Shown piece after piece: positions 49,001 to 58,068 of a stretch of DNA of 64,000 bases. This stretch comes from Bacteroidota bacterium. GTDB taxonomy: Bacteria > Bacteroidota > Bacteroidia > 2-12-FULL-35-15. The notes under the pieces were generated by a model, which saw only the letters and a program-made list of their open reading frames with translations, had not been told where the DNA came from and searched no databases. The stretch lies in the NCBI GenBank assembly GCA_003151815.1, contig PLYN01000041.1, forward strand, positions 9,919-73,918. Reading direction: 5' to 3'. How positions within the stretch are numbered: position 1 is the first letter of the stretch; each line of letters opens with the position of its first letter. The translations under genes were made by a program, and so were the position numbers.

Positions 49001-50337
49001 TCATGAGCGTAAAAAATGTTAGTGGATCGTATTCAGTGAATGATGGAACCATATTAACAGGTTATAAGCAAGGAACGAATATGATGGGGATGGATAATCA
49101 ATTTTCCGGACCTACGGTTGGATTTATTTTGGGGAGTCAAAAAGATATCAGAGATAAAGCAATAGCGGATGATTGGTTAGTAAAGCGAGAGTCTTTAAAT
49201 ACACCTTATATAAATACCCATAGTGAAAGCTTAAATTTAAAAGCCAACATAGAACCGATACCAAACTTGAAAATTGAGGTTTCAGCTTTACGCACCCAAT
49301 CAAAGAGCGCAAGTGAATTTTTTAGATGGAATAGAGATTCCGCACATTTTGTACATGACTCCCCTATGGAAACAGGGACTTTCAGCATGTCGTTTATTTC
49401 CTACCGTACTTCATTTAGAAATGGAGATGCCAATTTTCAGAATTTTTTAGGAACACGTTCAGTAATATCCACACGTTTAGGTCAACAAAATACCAATTCA
49501 CATGGTACTGTTGCCGGCTATGCCGATGGGTATAATAGTACTTCTCAGGATGTTTTGATTCCTGCATTTTTGGCGGCTTATTCAGGTCAAAATCCTGGAA
49601 AGTCAGGTTTAAGTGCTTTTCCTGCAATTCCATTGCCGAACTGGCGTATTACCTATGATGGATTATCGAAGTTAGATCTTGTTAAAAAGTATTTCAAAAC
49701 TGTTACACTAAGCCATGCATACAAATCTACCTATAATGTTGGTAGTTATGCCACCAATATGTTTTATAGTCCAAGCGCTTCTGTTAGACAAGATACTTCA
49801 AGTTCAAGTATTACAAATAATCCTAATTTTTTATCGAAAAACATTATTTCATCAGCTACAATCACAGAGTCATGGAGTCCGTTAATGAAGGTGGATGTAG
49901 TTCTTCATAATAGTGTATTAGTAACTGTCGAATTCAAAAAGGATAGAAATTTATCTCTCGGTTCAACCAGTCTGACAATCACAGAAGTGGCAGGTCAGGA
50001 AATTGTTACCGGTACAGGTTATAAGATTAAAAATGTAAGTTTAGGTAAAAAAATTATGATAAAAGGTAAACCGATAAAAAGTGATTTGAATTTAAAAGCG
50101 GATTTGTCATTCCGTAAAAATGCCACAACAGTCAGGCGTATTGATGAAGAAGTTAGTCAGTTAACAGGTGGTTCAAATATTATATCCATTAAGCTTTCAG
50201 CGGATTATATAATCAATGATAAAATGAACATTCGTTTATTCTACGATCGGATAATAAACAAACCGGTAACGTCTAACTCATTCGCTACAACCAATACCAA
50301 TGCCGGTTTGAGTTTGCGTTTGTCACTGACTCCTTAA
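43021..50337 (+). CDS. sprA: Cell-surface protein SprA (T9SS outer-membrane translocon)
   Basis: 2438 aa, TTG start, N-terminal signal/anchor. The size, beta-rich composition and C-terminal beta-barrel end (...AGLSLRLSLTP) fit SprA/Sov of Bacteroidota. Confidence 0.85.
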   Translation: MANTITKYIVVAGVSLSLLSLIVSSDAKVSTFNHAAIVEAKQKAFIAIDTPKTPKEEPPPKLHYQFKDQPTDNPITSPNTGGLMLNNPANVNTKVDYDPASGNYNINQTMGGQNFRPPTYLESKEYQDYMFKKQVRDYWNARSHADSPNSQNKPIIPKLQVGGEIFDRIFGGNTVDIKPTGSAELIFAYNGTKTENPAIPQKNRKINTFNFDEKIQMNVVGKIGDKLKLTTSYNTEATFDFENQMKLGFTGYDDDIIKSIDAGNVSMPAVGSLITGSQTLFGVKAKLQFGRLMVTTVIAQEKGKKSEIETSGGTQLSTFAISGDAYETNKHFFLAHYFRDQFNTALAHLPFINSTINVNRIEVWVSNTNTSTTDIRSVVALSELGESKNYVQNPLQSLLTYSTKSVLPSNNQNDLDTILKQNPSIRAINTTVSGMSTILNNKLIQQTNFELVGSARKLQPTEYTLNTKLGYISLSRQLNPDQVLSVAYQYTINGQVFQVGEFSTDGISAPQALYTKMLKSSIINPQQPMWNLMMKNIYSIGAYSINPDGFKLDIFYTNKQTGTDINYLPVSDCQTNIKSRPLIQVLALDRLNQQNEPVGDGIFDFIDGVTINANSGLVIFPVIDPFGAYLNSKFTPECSATEAAGYLFSQLYDSTKIIAQQYFPQFNRFKFKGTYQSSNSSEIMLGAPNVPQGSVTVTAGGVKLTENVDYTVDYALGRVKIINNGILNSGTPIKISLESNSLFAIQQKRLFATHLDYRINKDFTLGGTVMNLTERPVTKKVNVGDEPVSNTVFGLNGDYKTEAPFLTRLVDKIPFIDTKEMSSLTAGGEAAYLVPGHSKAIGKNGNSYVDDFEGSQSTIDMRSQNSWVLASTPQGQPSLFPEGIYADSLINGYNRSKLAWYTISPELLRQTSGITPANMTNAEMSNNFVREVLNTELFPNQQLANGVPTNISTFDLSYYPGERGPYNYDASPTSISHGLKNDGTLNNPNTRWAGIMRALQTTDFETANISYIQFWMMDPFNVDNANPNTSGELYFNLGNVSEDILRDGNKSSENGLPTPTVSQPTAPSIWGQVPAVQPLLNVFSSTPSDRPYQDVGFDGLANSSFTSQTEQGFFKNYLTAVQTIVTPAAFAEINADPSNDDFHYFRGGDYDNANGGLGLTTLERYKKFNGMENNSRTTEQSPESYPTASSLVPNVEDINQDNNLSTVESYYQYHISLNSNPSNWSVGNNYITNVYQTTGQNIKDGTTKPITWYQFKIPIRSPESKVGSIDNYQSIRFFRMFLKHVDNPIVMRFAKLELVRGEWRKYDFDLLQPGIYNPNDDASTEFDIAAVNLFENGSKTPVNYVMPPGVTQQINASSASLISLNEQALSLSVCNLLDGQSRAAFKNTSLDVRSYKKLQMYIHAEASADKKEILHNNDLHAFIRLGTDYTDNYYEYDVPLALTAPGYYNGTNTDDQYKVWPESNDMIVEFAKLESAKLQRNSTIGKGSATEYTVMDGNRTITIKGNPNLSAVKTIMLGVRNPKKSGTDNTDDGLAKCGQVWVNELRLTDFTENGGGAAMAHVTAKLADFGAISLSGNMYTPGWGSIEDKLSARKRATLKQYDITSNFELGKFLPLASNINIPVFAALSEIYITPQYNPLDPDMLLANEMKDPTLNAAGRSALKKETDDFTQNKSLNFINVKKNKGKNSTKGHIYDIENLSTSFSYSALFKRNVNVEYNSTKNYKGGLMYSFVPTPKNYTPFAKIGFLQSKYFTLVRDVNFSLFPNKLGFSTNVERYFNTAKYRDVTGDMIIIPTFNKKITWVRNYDLAYAITKSFKIDFTAINNARVLEPDGLITTKAQKDTIKQNFRDLGVTTLYNHSINANFIIPINKLPLLDFTKASVKYTGTYNWTRSPVLVTKDANGVPIADTLGNTIQNSRVIAWTGEMNMLTLYNKIPYFKRINQNTMHKTPDKIKKPPPLPFGGKDIKVKGKKAVKDTTKKVKNFSLPIEYLARVIMSVKNVSGSYSVNDGTILTGYKQGTNMMGMDNQFSGPTVGFILGSQKDIRDKAIADDWLVKRESLNTPYINTHSESLNLKANIEPIPNLKIEVSALRTQSKSASEFFRWNRDSAHFVHDSPMETGTFSMSFISYRTSFRNGDANFQNFLGTRSVISTRLGQQNTNSHGTVAGYADGYNSTSQDVLIPAFLAAYSGQNPGKSGLSAFPAIPLPNWRITYDGLSKLDLVKKYFKTVTLSHAYKSTYNVGSYATNMFYSPSASVRQDTSSSSITNNPNFLSKNIISSATITESWSPLMKVDVVLHNSVLVTVEFKKDRNLSLGSTSLTITEVAGQEIVTGTGYKIKNVSLGKKIMIKGKPIKSDLNLKADLSFRKNATTVRRIDEEVSQLTGGSNIISIKLSADYIINDKMNIRLFYDRIINKPVTSNSFATTNTNAGLSLRLSLTP

Positions 50338-50348
50338 GAAGATTATTG

Positions 50349-50408
50349 ATTGCGAATTTTTGTTTGCAGATTGCTGATCCGAAATTTTGGCAATCCGCAA
50401 TTCGCAAT
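50349..50408 (+). terminator. Long imperfect hairpin after sprA
   Basis: attgcgaatt (50349-50358) / aattcgcaat (50399-50408) is perfect. The inner pair tgcagattgc (50365-50374) / gcaatccgca (50390-50399) has one mismatch. Confidence 0.5.
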
Positions 50409-50452
50409 TTATTGTTAAATTCGCATTCGATAAAAATCAAAACAATCATAAA

Positions 50453-50833
50453 ATGAACTTTCCTGAAAATTTAAAGTACACTAAAGATCACGAATGGGTA
50501 CGTGTAGAAGGTGATGTTGCTTTCATAGGCATAACTGATTTTGCTCAAGGCGAATTAGGTGATATTGTTTATGTGGAGATTGAAACTGTTGGCGATGAAC
50601 TTGCTCACGAAGAAATATTCGGAACTGTAGAAGCAGTTAAAACAGTATCTGATTTATTTATGCCTGTTTCTGGGAAAGTGCTGGAGGTGAACCCTTCTTT
50701 ACAATCAAATCCTGAAGCTGTTAATAAAGATCCGTATGGACAAGGTTGGATGATTAAAGTAGCTATAAAAGATGCTGCTGAATTAACTAACTTATTAAGT
50801 GCAGCTGATTATAAAACATTGGTTGGGCATTAA
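50453..50833 (+). CDS. gcvH: Glycine cleavage system H protein
   Basis: 126 aa from the ATG at 50453 ([21 protein letters not shown]...). Lipoyl-lysine motif VEAVKTVSD. The track's TTG start at 50387 lies in the upstream hairpin and is rejected. Confidence 0.92.
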   Translation: MNFPENLKYTKDHEWVRVEGDVAFIGITDFAQGELGDIVYVEIETVGDELAHEEIFGTVEAVKTVSDLFMPVSGKVLEVNPSLQSNPEAVNKDPYGQGWMIKVAIKDAAELTNLLSAADYKTLVGH

Positions 50834-50844
50834 GCAAAAAACAG

Positions 50845-51240
50845 ATGTTTTTAAAACATACTAAATGGGCAATGCTATGGGCTTTGCTAATTCTTGTTTT
50901 GTGCGGAATACCCGGAAGGGACATTCCGCATATTTCATTTTTAGAGTTGCTGAGTTTTGATAAATTTGTTCACGCAGGTATTTTCTTTGTCTTGATTTTA
51001 TTGACTGTGAGAGGTTTTTTATTACAGACTACTTTTTTAAAATTGCAACAAAATCCAAAATTAATCGCATTTATAATATGTGTTATTTATGGTGGTTTAC
51101 TTGAAATAATGCAAGGAACCTTATTCGAACAACGTACTGCCAGTGTATTTGATTTTATCGCGAATAGTTTTGGCGCTTCTGTTGGATTATTGTTCTATAA
51201 CCAAATAGAGAAAACTTTTTTAATTCGTATCATAAAATAG
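50845..51240 (+). CDS. VanZ-like family membrane protein
   Basis: 131 aa with 4 TM helices. FDKFVHAGIFFVL...GGLLEIMQ...DFIANSFG resemble VanZ-like motifs. Confidence 0.6.
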   Translation: MFLKHTKWAMLWALLILVLCGIPGRDIPHISFLELLSFDKFVHAGIFFVLILLTVRGFLLQTTFLKLQQNPKLIAFIICVIYGGLLEIMQGTLFEQRTASVFDFIANSFGASVGLLFYNQIEKTFLIRIIK

Positions 51241-51341
51241 AAATTCATGGCAGATACATTGCCATGTATGCAATTTTTAATGGAATTTTATTATCTTTAA
51301 TTTTTATTATTTATCTTAAGAAAACAGAAAAAAACAATAGA

Positions 51342-52334
51342 ATGAAGCAACGTTACATATTATTCGCATTGGTTGTGATGCTGTTTGATTTATCGGCTCA
51401 AAACAAAACTCAAGTTCAGCCGTTTCCATTCTTAATGGAAAATCAGGCACCACAAATAAAGTTTGACAATGAAAAGGCTGCAGGAGATACTTTGTTTTTA
51501 TTTGACGGATATTATTTTTCCGGAATAGGTTTCAGTTTATCAGGTGCTACACCGTTCCATTATTCTTTACAAGACTTGGATCAACTTACCTTAAGTTCAC
51601 GTTATACAGGTGCCGGTTATCCCGCAAAAGCTGCTTTTCTGATAGATCATCAAGTAATTGCACCAGCTGATACCAACTTTTTTTTGGAAGGAATATCTGA
51701 CTTTACACCTCCCGGTACAGCCAATGATTGGATGTCGTTCGGACCGATAAAAATACCTGCTGCGGGTGCTACTTTATCATGGAAACATAATTATCCCGAC
51801 AGTGATTTTCGTGATGGGTATAAAGTGTATGTTAATACTGTTGGTTTAGGAGCAGCAAACTTTACTGTAACTCCAGTTTATACGGTTGCCGACAATGACG
51901 TTTCAACAAAATCAGATACATTAAATTCTCCTTTGTTTGTTTTCTATCCGAGATCGACTAGTTTATCAGCCTATGCAGGCCAGTCTATTTATCTTGGCAT
52001 TCAACATTCATCCGTTAATCAGGACAGGGTTTTAATTGATGATATTCTAATAAAAGAATATTCGCCTACCGGTATAGAAGTAAATAATACAAATGAAACA
52101 ATTACAATTTATCCTAATCCTTCCACCGGTCTATTTACTATTAATATGGGTGCAACATCTAAAACTCATATTGAGGTGTATGATGTGATGGGTGAAATAG
52201 TTTATTCAAAAGATAATATAGCAACAACAACTTCTATTGATTTAACAGACTTAAGTGCCGGTGTTTATTCATTGAAAGTGATTTCTGCCGATAATAAAAT
52301 TGCAGTAAAAGAAGTGCTTATCACTAAACAATAA
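51342..52334 (+). CDS. Secreted protein with T9SS C-terminal sorting domain
   Basis: Start set to MKQRYILFALVVMLFDLSAQ (signal peptide); the track start 51264 adds 26 unlikely residues. The C-terminus ITIYPNPSTGLFTINM...GVYSLKVIS is a type-A CTD. The central domain (DWMSFGPIKIPAAGATLSWKH...GYKVYVNT) may be choice-of-anchor-J-like (recollection). Confidence 0.75.
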   Translation: MKQRYILFALVVMLFDLSAQNKTQVQPFPFLMENQAPQIKFDNEKAAGDTLFLFDGYYFSGIGFSLSGATPFHYSLQDLDQLTLSSRYTGAGYPAKAAFLIDHQVIAPADTNFFLEGISDFTPPGTANDWMSFGPIKIPAAGATLSWKHNYPDSDFRDGYKVYVNTVGLGAANFTVTPVYTVADNDVSTKSDTLNSPLFVFYPRSTSLSAYAGQSIYLGIQHSSVNQDRVLIDDILIKEYSPTGIEVNNTNETITIYPNPSTGLFTINMGATSKTHIEVYDVMGEIVYSKDNIATTTSIDLTDLSAGVYSLKVISADNKIAVKEVLITKQ

Positions 52335-52387
52335 AATTTTCAGACTGATTCATCTTGAATAATTACCCAAAAATATAAAACCAAAAA

Positions 52388-53476
52388 ATGAGTAAAGTAG
52401 CATTAATTACAGGAGTTACAGGACAGGATGGCGCATATCTGGCCGAATTATTATTGAGCAAAGGTTATACTGTTCATGGATTGAAGCGCAGAAGCTCAAT
52501 GTTTAATACAGGACGAATTGATCATCTCTATAAAGATCAGCATGAAACAAAAGTGAAATTCTTTTTACATCATGGAGATCTAACCGATTCTACTAATCTT
52601 ATCCGTATAATTCAGGAAACACAACCCGATGAAATTTATAATCTGGCAGCACAATCACATGTAAAAGTATCTTTTGATTCACCTGAATATACGGCCAATG
52701 CTGATGCTGTAGGACCTTTGAGGATTTTGGAAGCTATTCGTATTTTGAAATTGGAGAAAAAAACACGTTTCTATCAGGCCTCTACATCCGAGATGTATGG
52801 CTATGTTCAGGAAATTCCTCAAAAAGAAACAACTCCTTTTTATCCTCGTTCACCTTACGGAGTTGCTAAAGTTTATGCCTTTTGGATTACTAAAAATTAT
52901 CGTGAAGCATATAATATTTTCGCATGTAATGGTATTTTGTTTAATCACGAAAGTCCGATACGCGGTGAAACGTTCGTTACCCGTAAAATAACACGCGCAG
53001 TTGCTAAGATTCACTTGAAAATGCAGGAGAAGCTGTTTTTAGGTAACCTTGATTCAGAGCGCGATTGGGGGCATGCAAAAGATTACGTAGAAGGAATGTG
53101 GATGATGATGCAGCAAAAAACTGCCGATGATTATGTATTGGCAACAGGTAAAAAAATTACTGTTCGTAAGTTCGTTGAGTTAGCATTTGCTGAAGTTGCT
53201 ATAGCTATCATTTGGGAAGGAAAAGGGGTTAACGAGAAAGGAATTAATAAGGCAACAGGAAAGGTAATAATAGAAATTGATCCCCGCTATTTTCGTCCTA
53301 CGGAAGTTGAATTATTAATTGGAGATGCATCAAAAGCAAAAAAAGATTTCGGATGGGAGCCTAAATATACGCTGGAGCAATTGGTATCAGAGATGGTAAT
53401 AAGTGATGTGAAATTGTTTGAAAGAGATAAATATTTATTGGATGGCGGACATGATGTGATGAATTTCCACGAGTAA
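52388..53476 (+). CDS. gmd: GDP-mannose 4,6-dehydratase
   Basis: 362 aa. [37 protein letters not shown] is nearly identical in pattern to E. coli Gmd. Confidence 0.95.
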   Translation: MSKVALITGVTGQDGAYLAELLLSKGYTVHGLKRRSSMFNTGRIDHLYKDQHETKVKFFLHHGDLTDSTNLIRIIQETQPDEIYNLAAQSHVKVSFDSPEYTANADAVGPLRILEAIRILKLEKKTRFYQASTSEMYGYVQEIPQKETTPFYPRSPYGVAKVYAFWITKNYREAYNIFACNGILFNHESPIRGETFVTRKITRAVAKIHLKMQEKLFLGNLDSERDWGHAKDYVEGMWMMMQQKTADDYVLATGKKITVRKFVELAFAEVAIAIIWEGKGVNEKGINKATGKVIIEIDPRYFRPTEVELLIGDASKAKKDFGWEPKYTLEQLVSEMVISDVKLFERDKYLLDGGHDVMNFHE

Positions 53477-53478
53477 AA

Positions 53479-54423
53479 ATGTTCTTCCTAATGAATATGA
53501 ATAAAACTTCAAAAATATATGTGGCCGGACATCGCGGAATGGTGGGCTCTGCAATTGTCCGAAAACTTCAACAAGAAGGATTTACAAATATTGTAATGCG
53601 TACATCTAAAGAATTGAATTTAATGAATCAGCAAGCTGTTGCTGATTTTTTTGCCACTCAAAAACCTGATCTTGTTTTTTTAGCTGCTGCTAAAGTAGGA
53701 GGTATTGTTGCTAATAATACGTATCGTGCCGAATTTATTTATGAGAATTTAATGATCCAGAATAACGTAATTCATCATTCTTATTTGAATGGCGTTAAAA
53801 AATTATTGTTCCTTGGTTCATCCTGTATTTATCCTAAAATGGCACCGCAGCCATTGAAAGAAGAATATTTGCTGACCGGTGTTTTAGAGCCAACCAACGA
53901 ACCATACGCAATTGCAAAAATTGCAGGGATTAAAATGTGCGATGCGTATAGAAGTCAGTTTGGATGCAATTATATTTCTGTAATGCCAACTAATTTATAC
54001 GGACCAAATGATAATTACGATTTTAATAATTCTCATGTGTTACCGGCATTGATTAGAAAATTCCACACTGCTAAAATTTTAAATTTACCAAGTGTTGAAA
54101 TATGGGGTACAGGTTTACCCATGCGTGAATTTTTACATGTTAACGATCTGGCTGATGCTTGTTTTTATTTGATGCAAAATTATAATGAACCGGGATTAAT
54201 TAATATTGGTGTTGGCGAAGATATAAGCATAAAAGACCTTGCATTACTCATTAAGCGCATCGTTGGTTATGAAGGCGAATTAAAGTTTGATTCAGGTAAA
54301 CCTGATGGAACACCTCGAAAATTAATGGATGTAAGTAAGATACATTCTTTCGGTTGGAAGCATAAAATTAATTTGGAAGAAGGCATTAAAAGTGTGTATG
54401 ATGAGGTGAAAGGTCAATTTTAA
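53479..54423 (+). CDS. fcl: GDP-L-fucose synthase
   Basis: 314 aa; the true start is possibly at MNMNK (53491). [53 protein letters not shown] parallel E. coli Fcl. Confidence 0.93.
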   Translation: MFFLMNMNKTSKIYVAGHRGMVGSAIVRKLQQEGFTNIVMRTSKELNLMNQQAVADFFATQKPDLVFLAAAKVGGIVANNTYRAEFIYENLMIQNNVIHHSYLNGVKKLLFLGSSCIYPKMAPQPLKEEYLLTGVLEPTNEPYAIAKIAGIKMCDAYRSQFGCNYISVMPTNLYGPNDNYDFNNSHVLPALIRKFHTAKILNLPSVEIWGTGLPMREFLHVNDLADACFYLMQNYNEPGLINIGVGEDISIKDLALLIKRIVGYEGELKFDSGKPDGTPRKLMDVSKIHSFGWKHKINLEEGIKSVYDEVKGQF

Positions 54424-54426
54424 TTC

Positions 54427-56169
54427 ATGAGAATAAAGAATACAGAATCAAAAATCTTTCTGATAAAAAGTACGATCTTGAAAAATAGCAAACCGATTAC
54501 CTTCTACCTTCTACCTTTTATCTTCTATCTCCTATTTTTTTTCTTCTTTCTAAATCAGACCTCTGCCCAACAAAATTTTCCTCTGAATAGAGAGTGGGGA
54601 TTAAATCGTGAAAGAAGTAACGCCAATATTCCTTCCCAACTTCTCATAGATTCTATAAAAAATGGAGTTAATGCAAATCCTAACTATGCCAGTCCCGATA
54701 ATTCTTGTTTCAAACCCTTCATCGTTACGCCATCTCATCAGGTAGCTGACAAATCAAAACCTTTATTATATAGAAAATACAGGAAGGAAAGCCTTTTCAT
54801 CGTTAACGATACAGCCGATAAATTTTATCTGACCTTAGATCCTTTATTTAATTTTGAAGCAGGAGTGGATGCTGCTGATAGCAGTGGAGAAAAACTGTAT
54901 AAAAATACCCGTGGTTTTTTATTGCGCGGTGATTTCGGTAAAAAATTATCTTTCGAATCGTCGTTTTACGAAACTCAATCAGCCTTTCCTCAGTATATTG
55001 ATAATTATATAGCAAGCACAGGTAGCGTAAATCTAGGAACAGCTATTGTTCCCGGACAAGGTCGTCCAAAATTATACAGGACAAATGCTTATGATTATTC
55101 GATGTCTTCGGGCTATATTTCTTATTCACCCTCTTCATTTATTAATATTCAATTAGGACATGGCAAGCATTTTATTGGCGATGGTTATCGCTCTTTGTTA
55201 TTGTCGGACAATTCATTTAATTACCCGTATGCCAGGATAACTACCAATTACAAAAATTTTCAATATACTAATTTGTATACCTCCTTCATGAATATAACGA
55301 GTGGCGGAGTGGCTACTCCTCCAAATATTGAAGTGTTATATCAAAAAAAGATCGGTAATTTTCAAATGCTGACGGCAAATTTTTTCAGACGTTTGACTTT
55401 GGGTTTATTTCAAGGAATGATCTGGGAGGCTTCAGATTCTACCAATCGCCAACATGTTAATTTTAATACGTTCGATCCTTTGATTGGCGTTAATACTGCG
55501 GTGTATGGTTTGCATAATAAAAACAATATTTTGCTTGGATCAACATTCAAATTAAAAATCACTAATTCTATTTCTTTTTATGGTCAATATATGCTTGACG
55601 ATATTTATTCAAAAGGCAACAATATTAAACTACAATTGAAAGACGGCTACCAGGTTGGTTTCAAATATTTTGATGTGTTTAATGTTAAAAATTTGCACGT
55701 GCAGGCTGAATATAATATGGTTGGTCCGTATGCATACGCTGCTCAAAATCCATCACAAAGTTACACACATTATGATCAGCCTTTGGCGCACCCTTTGGGG
55801 GCAAATTTTTATGAGATGATAGGTTTTGTTAATTATCGTTTGAAGCGATTTTTTGTAGAGTTAAAACTCAATTATGCTGTGAAAGGTATTGATAGCAGTG
55901 CTTTTAATTATGGAAGCAATGTGTTTAAGTCAGATAATATTTTTCCTGCCAATCAAAATTCGAATTCAATTACAACAACGCAAGGTGTAAAAACTACCAC
56001 CATGTATCAGGATTTTCATATGGGTTGGTTAGTAAATCCTTCAACAAATTTTAATATCATGTTTGGGGTTTCCAACCGGATTTTTGTGGAAGATAAAATA
56101 ACAAGTTATACCCGGTATATATATATTGGGATTCGCACTTCTCTGACAAATTTTTATTATGATTTTTAG
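54427..56169 (+). CDS. Outer-membrane beta-barrel protein of unknown function (possibly capsule-assembly Wzi-like; context gmd-fcl)
   Basis: 580 aa with a signal peptide (QTSAQQ), alternating-strand composition and aromatic C-terminus ...NFYYDF. The CDS is confident. The functional label is a guess from context and a vague family recollection. Confidence 0.5.
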   Translation: MRIKNTESKIFLIKSTILKNSKPITFYLLPFIFYLLFFFFFLNQTSAQQNFPLNREWGLNRERSNANIPSQLLIDSIKNGVNANPNYASPDNSCFKPFIVTPSHQVADKSKPLLYRKYRKESLFIVNDTADKFYLTLDPLFNFEAGVDAADSSGEKLYKNTRGFLLRGDFGKKLSFESSFYETQSAFPQYIDNYIASTGSVNLGTAIVPGQGRPKLYRTNAYDYSMSSGYISYSPSSFINIQLGHGKHFIGDGYRSLLLSDNSFNYPYARITTNYKNFQYTNLYTSFMNITSGGVATPPNIEVLYQKKIGNFQMLTANFFRRLTLGLFQGMIWEASDSTNRQHVNFNTFDPLIGVNTAVYGLHNKNNILLGSTFKLKITNSISFYGQYMLDDIYSKGNNIKLQLKDGYQVGFKYFDVFNVKNLHVQAEYNMVGPYAYAAQNPSQSYTHYDQPLAHPLGANFYEMIGFVNYRLKRFFVELKLNYAVKGIDSSAFNYGSNVFKSDNIFPANQNSNSITTTQGVKTTTMYQDFHMGWLVNPSTNFNIMFGVSNRIFVEDKITSYTRYIYIGIRTSLTNFYYDF

Positions 56170-56286
56170 AGGCTGTTTAATTTTTTTTAATTATTTACAG
56201 GTATGCAATCACACAGATATTTCGCTTTGCTCAATATGACAAAATCCGACACACGCTTTGTCATTCTGAATGTAATGAAGAATCTC
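56167..56286. repeat. Composite intergenic repeat starting at the TAG stop of 54427..56169
   Basis: tagaggctgtttaattt (56167-), aggtatgcaatcacacagatatttcgctttgctcaatatgac (56199-56240), gtcattctgaatgtaatgaagaatctc (56260-56286). Confidence 0.8.
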
Positions 56287-56371
56287 ATAACAAAATAAAA
56301 TTGAATATTGAACAGCGCGCGACCTGAAGTTCGTGGTAATTTAATCTTATAAATCTTTATAGAAGCCCAAA

Positions 56372-57133
56372 ATGTTTTTCCTATTTTCCAAACTTCTTCA
56401 ATTTGTTATAACCCCTTTGTTGTGGATTGTTGTTTTATTGTTTTTTTCTCTTTTAACTAAAGATGACAAATTCAAAAAAAAATGTTTGCGTTTGGCCTTT
56501 GGTTTACTTTTGTTTTTTTCAAATGCGTTCATATTTGACGAATGTGCCAGAGCTTGGGAAATACCTGCAACACCCTATAAATCGCTAAAAAAGTATGATG
56601 CCGGAATTGTTTTAGGAGGAATGATGAGATATGATAAAAAATTTGATCGACTTCAATTTTATAGAGGGGCAGACCGTTTGCTGCAAGCTATAGAATTATA
56701 TAAAAGAGGGATAATAAAAAAAATTATTTTTAGTGGTGGTTCAGGCAGTGTTCTTCATCCTGAAAATAAGGAAGGCTTCTTAGTAGAGCGATATTTATTG
56801 ACATTGGGAGTTCCGAAAAAAGATTTTTTAATTGAGAACGAATCAAAAAATACCCATGAAAATGCCACATTTACAAAAGCTTTATTGGATAAAGAAAATT
56901 TGAAAGGCAATTTTTTATTAATTACTTCGGCATTTCATATGCGTAGAAGTATAGATTGTTTCAAAAAAGCCGGTCTTGTCGCAGAGCCCTATAGCACTGA
57001 TAGGTATGCAGGTCCGCGTAGTTTTGAATTTGATCATTTGTTGATTCCTGATGTTTCCGCTATCTATGACTTTAGCAATTTAGTACATGAAATAGTTGGT
57101 TTTATAACGTATAAAATTGTTGGATATGCATAG
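56372..57133 (+). CDS. YdcF/ElyC (DUF218) family protein
   Basis: 253 aa with N-terminal TM helices. GIVLGG...IIFSGG...NTHENA...LLITSAFHMRRS is the DUF218 pattern. Confidence 0.75.
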   Translation: MFFLFSKLLQFVITPLLWIVVLLFFSLLTKDDKFKKKCLRLAFGLLLFFSNAFIFDECARAWEIPATPYKSLKKYDAGIVLGGMMRYDKKFDRLQFYRGADRLLQAIELYKRGIIKKIIFSGGSGSVLHPENKEGFLVERYLLTLGVPKKDFLIENESKNTHENATFTKALLDKENLKGNFLLITSAFHMRRSIDCFKKAGLVAEPYSTDRYAGPRSFEFDHLLIPDVSAIYDFSNLVHEIVGFITYKIVGYA

Positions 57134-57251
57134 AGCCTGTTTAATTTATTTGAAAATTTTGTTATTGCCGACGCAATGCCTTCGACAAGCTCAGGCTGAC
57201 ATCCTGCTTTAGAGGTATGCAATCACACAGATATTTCGCTTTGCTCAATAT
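57131..57251. repeat. Composite intergenic repeat starting at the TAG stop of 56372..57133
   Basis: tagagcctgtttaattt (57131-), attgccgacgcaatgccttcgacaagctcaggctgac (57164-57200), aggtatgcaatcacacagatatttcgctttgctcaatat (57213-57251). Confidence 0.8.
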
Positions 57252-57282
57252 TACTCTTTAATCGAACACAGATATTTATTTA

Positions 57283-57290
57283 TACTTTTG
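57283..57290 (+). promoter_or_regulatory. Candidate -7 box TACTTTTG for the methyltransferase gene
   Basis: TAnnTTTG match 16 nt upstream of the ATG at 57307. Confidence 0.45.
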
Positions 57291-57306
57291 AACAAATCTC
57301 TTAAAA

Positions 57307-58068
57307 ATGCCTGACAATAAAGATAAACAATGGTTTGAGAATTGGTTTAATTCACCCTACTACCATATTTTATATAAAGAGCGTAATGATACCGAAGCCG
57401 AATTATTTATTGATACCTTAATTGAATTTTTGAAGCCTAAAAAAAATGCCCGGTTCCTTGATTTGGGATGTGGAAAAGGTCGACATTCGGTTTACCTGAA
57501 TAAAAAAGGATTTTCTATTGTTGGTGTTGATTTGTCGCCTGAAAGTATAGCATTTGCTTCCCAATTTGCAAAAGAAAGTTCCAAAGAAAAAAACGGAAGT
57601 TTGGATTTTTATGTTCAGGATATGCGTAAAACAGGACGCATAAATTATTACGATTATATACTTAACCTTTATACCAGTTTCGGATATTTTGAAAATGATC
57701 GTGATGATTATTCAACCATTCACTCTGTTAGCAAGGCTCTTAAGCCGGGAGGGATTTTCGTCCTCGATTTTATGAACGCTCAAAAAGTGATCGCTAATTT
57801 AATTCCTTACGAAACAAAGATCTGCGAAGGCATTGAATTTAAAATCACCCGGAGTGTTTCAAATAATTTTATTGTAAAACAAATACAATTTTCAGACAGA
57901 GGAAAGGAATATAATTTTCATGAACAAGTTAAAGCATTGACTGTTCTTGACTTCGAGAAATATTTTGCAGCCAATAAACTTAAAATACTACATTTGCTGG
58001 GCAATTACCGGTTGGAAGAATTTAATCCGGATACTTCGGATAGGCTGATAATTGTGGGACAAAAATAA
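57307..58068 (+). CDS. Class I SAM-dependent methyltransferase
   Basis: 253 aa. Motif I FLDLGCGKGRHSVYL and post-I VGVDLS, plus GGIFVLDF. Confidence 0.8.
   Translation: MPDNKDKQWFENWFNSPYYHILYKERNDTEAELFIDTLIEFLKPKKNARFLDLGCGKGRHSVYLNKKGFSIVGVDLSPESIAFASQFAKESSKEKNGSLDFYVQDMRKTGRINYYDYILNLYTSFGYFENDRDDYSTIHSVSKALKPGGIFVLDFMNAQKVIANLIPYETKICEGIEFKITRSVSNNFIVKQIQFSDRGKEYNFHEQVKALTVLDFEKYFAANKLKILHLLGNYRLEEFNPDTSDRLIIVGQK

Noticed and set aside
50387-50452. TTG-initiated N-terminal extension of gcvH (and similarly 51264-51341 for the T9SS cargo gene and 32390-32401 for gldF)
   Set aside because: The extensions run through hairpin or promoter sequence and add non-homologous residues. Canonical N-termini begin at the internal ATGs.
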